DNA of 64,000 nt from positions 1 through 64,000 of IMG/VR virus record IMGVR_UViG_3300028833_000144. The stretch is one strand, 5' to 3'. A model generated the notes under the pieces. The model saw only the letters and a list, made by a program, of their open reading frames with translations. It ran no database searches and was not told where the DNA came from. The position numbers were made by a program, and so were the translations under genes. This stretch comes from a virus. Lineage: Duplodnaviria; Caudoviricetes. Shown piece after piece: positions 57,394 to 64,000 of the stretch; position 1 is the first letter of the stretch; every line of letters begins with the position of its first letter.

Positions 57394-57669
57394 TTACTCA
57401 CCTCCTACGATAATTCCTGCAAGCTCTGTAAGTGCGGAAAACACATCGTCAAGAGCCACATCATGCCCCTGAACAGATTGGAATATCTCCCAGTCCTCTT
57501 TGGCTATTTTCTTTTCCAAGAAGTGCCAATGCGGCTCGATGCGCTCTCCGTCTCCTTCGATGAACTCGAAGTCTTTACGAACTCTTACCCACCTTCTGTC
57601 TGTGAACACCACAGAATCGGGTTGATGTTCTCTGTCCGATGTGTCGTATGCGTCATACCAACTTAACAT
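57394..57669 (-). CDS. Small tail-fibre-associated protein
   Basis: Typical position after fibre gene; C-terminal DD...AL.ELA..I. Confidence 0.6.
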   Translation of the reverse strand: MLSWYDAYDTSDREHQPDSVVFTDRRWVRVRKDFEFIEGDGERIEPHWHFLEKKIAKEDWEIFQSVQGHDVALDDVFSALTELAGIIVGGE

Positions 57670-57710
57670 GATGCTTTACCTCCATTTGGTTATGTATTCT
57701 TTGCCAATGT

Positions 57711-57737
57711 GTTGTTGCAATTACCGTCGTAAATCGT
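57711..57737 (-). repeat. DGR template-repeat-like scar (27 nt)
   Basis: ACGATTTACGACGGTAATTGCAACAAC vs fibre GCGGTTCGCGGCGGTGCTTGCTACAAC (57878-57904): 7 of 8 mismatches are A in the scar. Confidence 0.6.
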
Positions 57738-57784
57738 GAGAATTTTCGTGCTACGTAAACCCATATATCAAAGTTCCTTTACTA

Positions 57785-59398
57785 TTACCTATAAGAAACG
57801 GAAGCCCCGACGTCCCCGTACGCAGAAGACGCAGTGTTGCTCAGAAAAAGATAGAACGCACCGCAAGAAGCCGCATCGTTGTAGCAAGCACCGCCGCGAA
57901 CCGCGTATCTTTTACCTGTTGTCGTGACATAGAAGTAGTCTTTATATCTTGTCGAAGATGAAGAACTTATTTCCTTATCATAGAATGAGCCGTCCTCATT
58001 GAAGTACATCTTCTGAACAAAGTTCTGTGCGGGTGCGGTATCATTCTGCGTAAGGTAATTCGTTCCTTCTGTGTTATAGTCAGAAGCCGCAGAGCCGTCA
58101 GCCGTACTCTTTGTCAACTTATATTTCCACACATTATCATCGAGAATAAGTCCACAGAAGCGTCTCATCTGGTTAGACCATTGATTCTCCATGCCGAACA
58201 CTTTCACACCGTAGTCATTCGTGTTGCTACCCCAGAACATACCCTTTGTGTCCATAGTGCCTGTACCAAGCATAGATGAAACGGCTGAAGTCTGCCTGCA
58301 CCTACCGTTACCAAACTTACCGCTTGTGTCGAGCGACTTACTTATGAGAATAAGTAAGTAAGACATGACGATGTAATCACAGTAGACTTCCGTGTCCCAA
58401 CCGCTACCATTCCTCTGTGCCATTGTTCTTTCAACTGTTACGGTCTTACTCTGGCACAAGTCCTTATAGGTCTTGCCACTCAATGAACGGAGAACATCAT
58501 TCGTTCCGTCATTGACGATAGAGCCGTTGTAAATCGGTGTGTAGAAATGTTCCACAGCATTTCCGTTATCATCGAGATTAGACCATGCGTGATACTGTCC
58601 GTCAAGTTTCCTATCAGAGATATAAACCGAAACAGAAGCGTCATCGTTAGCGTCAGGAACTACCTTATACCATATCTTACCCCACTCCATCATGGCGTTT
58701 CCGTCATAAGCGTCATTCGCTATATCAGAAGCCGTGCCGTCCTCTTTCTTTGAGTAATCGTTCTTATCGAGGTAGTAATCAACTGTTCCGTCAGATTTCA
58801 GCATACAAGGGCGAGGCATGAAGAAAGCATTTTCCCAAGAGCCGTAAACAAACTTGTCATTAGTGTAGTCCATGTAAGCAGGTGTCATGCCTACTGCGTC
58901 CTCAAGGTAGGTAACTGCGTCATCTGCGTCCGTCTCGGCACTATCAATATGGAACCCGTAGCATATCTTCTTTCCGTCCACCTGATAGAGAGTGTCGCCT
59001 ATCTTGAGAGTAGAGAGCGAGGCGGCGGGCGTGCCGTCAGCGTTACCTTCAACGTGTCCACTTATCTTATCGCTTGACCAAGTAAGAGCCGTACTTATAA
59101 CACTATCATCAATAACAGAAGGCTCGTTAGCCGAAGGCACAAGCACCCAAGACGAGCCGTCAGAAACAAAAGTATCTCCCGCTTTTGCCGTCTGCCCCGC
59201 ATATGTGCCGTCTGTTATGACGATATACACAAAACCTTCGTTAGAACTTGAAGCTGTAGGTAGAGTTGTTATCGTTCCGCCTGTGCCAAGAGTTCCCTTA
59301 AAAATCATAGGCAAGGGAAGTGCGTCTATGCGTTCATTGGCAACTTTGGCTCTCTTTAATGCGGCAACGGCAAGTGCAAATGTTGTATCGTTATCCAT
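57785..59398 (-). CDS. Tail fibre / receptor-binding protein with C-type-lectin (DGR-target-like) C-terminus
   Basis: VKVFGMEN.W.N...F..G; C-terminal RGGACYNDAASCGAFYLFLSNTASSAYGDVGASVSY resembles Mtd-class variable regions. Confidence 0.8.
   Translation of the reverse strand: MDNDTTFALAVAALKRAKVANERIDALPLPMIFKGTLGTGGTITTLPTASSSNEGFVYIVITDGTYAGQTAKAGDTFVSDGSSWVLVPSANEPSVIDDSVISTALTWSSDKISGHVEGNADGTPAASLSTLKIGDTLYQVDGKKICYGFHIDSAETDADDAVTYLEDAVGMTPAYMDYTNDKFVYGSWENAFFMPRPCMLKSDGTVDYYLDKNDYSKKEDGTASDIANDAYDGNAMMEWGKIWYKVVPDANDDASVSVYISDRKLDGQYHAWSNLDDNGNAVEHFYTPIYNGSIVNDGTNDVLRSLSGKTYKDLCQSKTVTVERTMAQRNGSGWDTEVYCDYIVMSYLLILISKSLDTSGKFGNGRCRQTSAVSSMLGTGTMDTKGMFWGSNTNDYGVKVFGMENQWSNQMRRFCGLILDDNVWKYKLTKSTADGSAASDYNTEGTNYLTQNDTAPAQNFVQKMYFNEDGSFYDKEISSSSSTRYKDYFYVTTTGKRYAVRGGACYNDAASCGAFYLFLSNTASSAYGDVGASVSYR
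58737..59092. repeat. Direct repeat copy 2 (see 1-356)
   Basis: Direct comparison. Confidence 0.97.
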
Positions 59399-59409
59399 AC
59401 CCTACCTCC

Positions 59410-59610
59410 TTATAACCAATGCCATGTTCCATCTGAGTCACAAATGCCGACATCGCCATCAACAGTTACGGCTGTGGAGCCAAATCCCAGTTCATAATCT
59501 CCCACTGTCAGCTCGTCCGTGACTTCCACCTTTGTGTCAGCGACAACAGTCGCGATCACTTTTCCACTCTCTGCGTTTCTCTGCTGGATTCCTACCATTC
59601 TAACTGCCAT
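59410..59610 (-). CDS. Small tail-associated protein, second module
   Basis: Homologous to 681-899. Confidence 0.65.
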   Translation of the reverse strand: MAVRMVGIQQRNAESGKVIATVVADTKVEVTDELTVGDYELGFGSTAVTVDGDVGICDSDGTWHWL

Positions 59611-59632
59611 TTTCTTGATCTCCTTTGTATTT

Positions 59633-61066
59633 TTAATTTTCTGTTATTTCATAGATTAAGGTCATTGTGTGGTTCAGGTTCTTATCAACGAAATCCACAC
59701 TGTTCAAGTTATATACTGTTGATACCCATGGGAAGAACGCATCCAGTGAGCAGGTCCAGTTCGCAGCTGCGGGCCTGTTGGAGTCCATCTTCATGATATT
59801 CGTTCCATACAGATCACCACTGTGGATGCCCTGAAGCAGATTGCCCTGCACGTGGTAATCGTTCAGATTCGTTCTGTACCACTTATCGTTGTGCCAGTAG
59901 AGTGCCGACGTGCCGTTCCTCAGCGCCTTGTAGCGGTCTCCGTTTGGAAGACCTATCCATACTCCGTTCTTATCTGAAGCGATCGGATCGTCACAAACTT
60001 CAGTCCATGACGAATCTGAAAGACCACACTGAACGACTTTCAACACGGAATTGACTTCTGCGACTGCATACAGATATGGAACTCCGTTATCGTATTCGAT
60101 CCACATTCCGTCCTTAACATTCGTGGTAAAATCGACCAGGCTTCCCGCCCAGGTCGGGAATGTCAGCCCGGTGTAAGTCCTCGAATAAGTCGTGACCAGT
60201 GTGAAGTCTGATGGATCAATCACATAGTCAACAAGCTGATTGGATCCAACATTCACGAAGATATAGTGAAGCAGATTCCCGACATACACGACTGTCGTGT
60301 TCTCGAAAATGTGTCTTTCTGACATAGCATAAGGAATGCCACTCTCCATGCTGATGATGTGAGTGCTTCCGATCTGCTCCCGGATATCGAGGGAAGCACC
60401 GGTCAGATGCAGGATCTTCGTGTTGAGTGCATACTCTTCAATCTTGATCTCACCCTCTGTCGTGTCCCCTTCATACCAAACCTTATAACCAATCTCGCGC
60501 TCGTAGTCGATGACGGTCAGCTTCATGAGGTCATTTGACATCGCGACAGTTCCGTTTGAAAGAGACTCGTTCGCGAAAGTCATGGGAAGAGTCGGATCGT
60601 CTTCATAGTCGAGGTTGCCCGCGACCTTGAAGTGTACTTTTGCCAGATTCGGCCTGGTTAAACACACGGACTCGATATGTCCGTTTCCGTGGGTTTCGTT
60701 CCATCTCCACACGAACCTATATCCACCGGTTATCGGACCGGTCATGCCTGAAGAGTTATCAGCTGAACCTCTTCTCAGGTTGTTTCCTGTGTAAGCATCG
60801 TTGCCCGCCGTGGCGACGATCTCCGCATCACCGGCGACCATGCCAAAAGTGTCGCCTGCTGTCGGGTTCGCCTTATCAGTGAGGATGCAGCCACCGAACC
60901 AGTTCTGCGCAACGGGCATCATCTTCGTTCTATCCATAATGCCGTTGAAGTCGCCTCTTGAGATAGCCTGAGCAACAAATGGAGTGATGGTATTATGGCC
61001 CTCGATTCTTTTTATAACGCGGTCTGTTCTCGCGTCGTGCAGTTCAAGTCTAACGTGACCTTTCAT
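59633..61066 (-). CDS. Tail/baseplate protein, second module
   Basis: Start MKGHVRL at 61066; homologous to 1033-2436. Confidence 0.7.
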   Translation of the reverse strand: MKGHVRLELHDARTDRVIKRIEGHNTITPFVAQAISRGDFNGIMDRTKMMPVAQNWFGGCILTDKANPTAGDTFGMVAGDAEIVATAGNDAYTGNNLRRGSADNSSGMTGPITGGYRFVWRWNETHGNGHIESVCLTRPNLAKVHFKVAGNLDYEDDPTLPMTFANESLSNGTVAMSNDLMKLTVIDYEREIGYKVWYEGDTTEGEIKIEEYALNTKILHLTGASLDIREQIGSTHIISMESGIPYAMSERHIFENTTVVYVGNLLHYIFVNVGSNQLVDYVIDPSDFTLVTTYSRTYTGLTFPTWAGSLVDFTTNVKDGMWIEYDNGVPYLYAVAEVNSVLKVVQCGLSDSSWTEVCDDPIASDKNGVWIGLPNGDRYKALRNGTSALYWHNDKWYRTNLNDYHVQGNLLQGIHSGDLYGTNIMKMDSNRPAAANWTCSLDAFFPWVSTVYNLNSVDFVDKNLNHTMTLIYEITEN

Positions 61067-61728
61067 TCTTGCTCCTCCTCCGAGGTGTCTTTGATCTTTA
61101 TATAATTCGCCTTGCCGTCGAATTGATGAAGAGCAACACCGCCGTACCACTCGCCGATTTTTATGTCGTTAATCGGGAAGGAATCCCAATACGAGGTAAT
61201 ATGTTCCCACTCTCCCTCATGTCCTTCCTCCCATTCTTTAGGGACGCCTTGCGGGATTGTGGTGCATATAGAGTTCCAAAAGCCGTGCTCGTCTTGAGTG
61301 AATAAGATAAAGCCTCCGTCTTTGTTAAAAGAGACGCGGAGCGGTGTATTTCTCCAATCGCCTTCAAAGCGTCTTGATGCGCCTGAAATCTCCCCGATTG
61401 CCCGATGTTTCTCGTCAGAGTCATCGAAATAAATACGACCGAGAATATACACTATCATTCTGTATTTATTCATCGAGAACTCGACAACACGGGTACATTC
61501 GTGTGGCTCGACGCCTGGTCCTGACATCGTGATAAACCCGAACGCGTTGTCGTTGTCGTAGTTTTCCGCGTCTGTATCGAGGCTGAACTCGACCAAAAAG
61601 GAACGCCCGCGCAAATTGATCGTATCGTATGGATCTTCGCTCGAAAAATCGACATTATACAATTCCATGTCCCACTCTGACGGTGCCGGTGGAAGATTCC
61701 TGTTCGGGTATGCTTTGAAAAAAATCAT
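61063..61728 (-). CDS. Tail accessory protein, possibly ConA/LamG-like
   Basis: C-terminal IKIGEWYGG..FDGK.NYIKI pattern; no counterpart in first module. Confidence 0.4.
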   Translation of the reverse strand: MIFFKAYPNRNLPPAPSEWDMELYNVDFSSEDPYDTINLRGRSFLVEFSLDTDAENYDNDNAFGFITMSGPGVEPHECTRVVEFSMNKYRMIVYILGRIYFDDSDEKHRAIGEISGASRRFEGDWRNTPLRVSFNKDGGFILFTQDEHGFWNSICTTIPQGVPKEWEEGHEGEWEHITSYWDSFPINDIKIGEWYGGVALHQFDGKANYIKIKDTSEEEQE

Positions 61729-62066
61729 CCTATTATCCTCACTGTTACAACCAGGTCATACGAGAGTTCCGGGAATGTCAGATTGAGGACTCCCGGAACA
61801 GCCTGCTCATTAGTCGGATAAACTCCGCGCGGAACTGTGAAATACTCAATGCAGGAACCGTCTTTGATATGAGGATCTTGGAAGAGGAGCGAAGTCTCAC
61901 CTGCTTCCAAGGTCGCCTGCAACTTTGTAATGCACGAACCGACTATATCTTTTGGAGTCGTGCTATATGAACCATATGCACCGTTGACCAAGTTATCCGT
62001 CGCAAGCATCGAGGTCTCGGAATCGAGTGTCCCACTCGGGAGCTGATTAATCTCCACATTTGCCAT
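61725..62066 (-). CDS. Short tail adaptor protein, second module
   Basis: N-terminus parallels 2449-3123; positional equivalent. Confidence 0.5.
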   Translation of the reverse strand: MANVEINQLPSGTLDSETSMLATDNLVNGAYGSYSTTPKDIVGSCITKLQATLEAGETSLLFQDPHIKDGSCIEYFTVPRGVYPTNEQAVPGVLNLTFPELSYDLVVTVRIIG

Positions 62067-63772
62067 TATTCATTCCCTCCTGATATAACAATATTGTCAC
62101 CACCTACTGTGGCGATTCCGTCACCTGATACAGTCGATAGATAGAAAGTTTCCGTGCTCTGCTCTGTGGTGAGTGTCACACTCTCGGTCAGGTCTGAATT
62201 GAAGACAGGACCGGAAACGAGAGGCGTGTATTCGTCTGTAAGTGAAAGATATCCATCTTCTCCGCCTGTGGAAGCATCCATCTTCTGTCCCATTAACAGG
62301 GCATGAACATCGCCTGCCGCAATAGTCGCGGAACCTGAGTCGATGGAAGCTGCAACCTTGAATCTGTGAACGACTCCCGGAGCGACATTGACGAGCCAGT
62401 AGTCTCCCTTGAAGAGATGATATCCGTTCTCTCCATAAGTATTGATAGGTTCATACTCGATCAAACCGCCATCATAGTAGTAATGCAGTTTGACCTTCTG
62501 CGTGGTTCCATCAAGAGCTGACAGGATCTTCAGCTCGTGCCACAAGGTTACGGTTGTTTGGTCAGCTGTTGCGAAATAAATCTCATATATCTTCTTTTCT
62601 GTATGCGATAGCGAGATAGCATCTGCGTTTATAAACGGGTAATAAGTGATCCCTTGCGACTTGCTGTTCTTCGCATTTGAAGCGATCTGCTTCTCTTCTT
62701 TGCTCATTACGGTTGAAGCTGCCGGATTCTCTCCATAGCCTTCGATGACGGTGCAGTCCATCTTGATCGTGTAAGACATGATGACTCCGATAGAATTTGC
62801 ACCGATGCCGCCCGTGAAGCGAATAACATCGCCAAGGTCATAGGCAGGATTCGGAAGAATCGACACAGAGAACGGTGTCGCGTTGAATGGTTCCAGCGAA
62901 TCAATGACAGCCTGTCTCTGTCTATCAAGGTCCGCATCCTCACCGTACTGCAAGAATGGGTTCGTGCCGATCTTCATAGTCAGTCCGCCGCTTCTGGTAT
63001 TGAAGTAGAGCGAAATGGTGTCATCGACCATGTTCTGAACTTCGAGATCTGAATAGAAACTCGTGTAATCGGAGAACGAAGTCGAATATCTCAACTTCGC
63101 GGGAATCTCGTCAGTGATGACCGATGTGTCCGGCATCGGCCTGAAGACCAGATATCCGGACCTGTCTATTGTGGCGAAGCATCCAACCGCAGCTGCAAGT
63201 TGTGACAGCATATCGCGGTAAGTCATGATGGACGAGCCTCCGACAAGTGTCAGAGTCTCTGTCCCGTTCGGGAGTGCTTCACATTCTGCCTGTGTCATTT
63301 CCAGAGTCGCGCTGCATTCAGTGCAGATCAGGGAAAGCAAATCGAATAAGCTCCCCGATGTTGTATTGAATTGAGCAGTCTTATCGAACAGGCTCATATT
63401 GTCGTAAGCCACGACTTTGAGTCCTGCATCGCTCCATACTGCCTGTTCTATCGTGAACACTCCAATCGGAATGTATTCGAAGGAACTGTCTTCAAGCTCC
63501 ACACCGAACGAGATCGTGATGGAGAGTCCTCTCCAAGAGCCTCGGATGTTCATAGTGTTGGCGAATGCTTCCGTGAAAGTCAGGTCTAATTCGCCGACAT
63601 ACACGCCGCCAAGCTCGATCTCTGTTGCGGGGCAAAACTGATTCTTATAGACGAACGAATTGCGAATGATATCGCCATCATCGAAGGACGTGCCTCGGAC
63701 GGTTCCTGATATCTTATGCGCCCGCGCGTTACTTGCAATCGCGGTCAAATAGTCGTTCGATACGGAATACAT
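62066..63772 (-). CDS. Tail tip / hub (Tal-like), second module
   Basis: IELGGVYVGEL..IGVFTI..VVAYDNM; homologous to 3128-4906. Confidence 0.75.
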   Translation of the reverse strand: MYSVSNDYLTAIASNARAHKISGTVRGTSFDDGDIIRNSFVYKNQFCPATEIELGGVYVGELDLTFTEAFANTMNIRGSWRGLSITISFGVELEDSSFEYIPIGVFTIEQAVWSDAGLKVVAYDNMSLFDKTAQFNTTSGSLFDLLSLICTECSATLEMTQAECEALPNGTETLTLVGGSSIMTYRDMLSQLAAAVGCFATIDRSGYLVFRPMPDTSVITDEIPAKLRYSTSFSDYTSFYSDLEVQNMVDDTISLYFNTRSGGLTMKIGTNPFLQYGEDADLDRQRQAVIDSLEPFNATPFSVSILPNPAYDLGDVIRFTGGIGANSIGVIMSYTIKMDCTVIEGYGENPAASTVMSKEEKQIASNAKNSKSQGITYYPFINADAISLSHTEKKIYEIYFATADQTTVTLWHELKILSALDGTTQKVKLHYYYDGGLIEYEPINTYGENGYHLFKGDYWLVNVAPGVVHRFKVAASIDSGSATIAAGDVHALLMGQKMDASTGGEDGYLSLTDEYTPLVSGPVFNSDLTESVTLTTEQSTETFYLSTVSGDGIATVGGDNIVISGGNE

Positions 63773-63773
63773 A

Positions 63774-63998
63774 TCAGTCCTCCAAGTCTTCCAGTTTGAA
63801 GCTCACTTTGTAAAATCGAGTCGTCGCAGTCTCAAGAATCAGGTCAGCGGAATAGTTCGTCATGAAGCAGTGCCATGTGACAACAGCGCCACTCGCTTCA
63901 TTCCATCGCTTGCAAGTCAGTTTCGAGGCGCGAGAGAGTGCGTCAAGTTTGCCCTTCTCGGTGCCGTCACACTTATAAGCTACGGACAGAGAAGGAAT
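63774..63998 (-). CDS. 3' end of Dit-like distal tail protein (partial)
   Basis: Open frame IPSLSVAYKC..WHCFMTNYSADLI..YKVSFKLEDLED-stop directly upstream of Tal; not in ORF track. Confidence 0.6.
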   Translation of the reverse strand: MPSLSVAYKCDGTEKGKLDALSRASKLTCKRWNEASGAVVTWHCFMTNYSADLILETATTRFYKVSFKLEDLED

Positions 63999-64000
63999 GC

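Noticed and set aside
256-63641. Numerous plus-strand ORFs opposite minus-strand genes (e.g. 12310-13053, 2542-2979, 58992-59522) and minus-strand ORFs opposite early genes
   Set aside because: Shadow frames of well-supported genes, with no SD or recognisable motifs
58737-64000. Simple terminal redundancy or circular overlap artefact
   Set aside because: The repeat has SNPs and the sequence beyond ~59092 is a different tail module, not a copy of 357-5264
1-64000. Integrase, reverse transcriptase, DNA polymerase, primase, rRNA, tRNA, CRISPR array
   Set aside because: No diagnostic motifs, cloverleafs or regular repeat-spacer periodicity recognised by eye; a covariance or HMM search could still find weak cases

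Overview
The window is viral. Positions 1-58736 hold what looks like one complete, circularly permuted siphovirus-type genome of a low-GC Firmicutes (probably Clostridia) host. It has A118/SPP1-like morphogenesis genes on the minus strand (681-20445), a ~1.1 kb non-coding divergence region, and a plus-strand early cluster of small ORFs (21586-30432). Minus-strand recombination, replication and methyltransferase genes follow (30469-51720), then an unexplained low-complexity protein cluster (51836-55676) and lysis genes. Position 1 corresponds to position 58737 (4 mismatches in the first 335 nt). Beyond ~59070 the sequence does not repeat the first genome but continues into a second, GC-richer, homologous tail module (59410-64000). 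The window therefore shows a tandem or cointegrate of two phages, or an assembly chimera, joined through a shared tail-fibre gene. Most unusual observations: (1) a split, circularly permuted C5 DNA methyltransferase locus whose specificity-like modules are connected by seven G6-G7 tracts, with an overlapping alternative-frame ORF and an in-frame HNH insertion; (2) an eight-gene cluster, several genes of which encode Q/N-, G/F-, Cys-Cys-Cys- or RG/SY-rich proteins, plus a BclA-like domain and a papain-like protein; (3) a DGR-type fibre C-terminus with a 27-nt adenine-specific template-repeat scar but no reverse transcriptase; (4) a TerL mini-intein, a displaced Dit-like gene and a recurring AACATT-N6-AATGTT operator. 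No integrase, reverse transcriptase, rRNA, tRNA or CRISPR array was recognised. Family assignments come from motif recognition by eye, not database searches.
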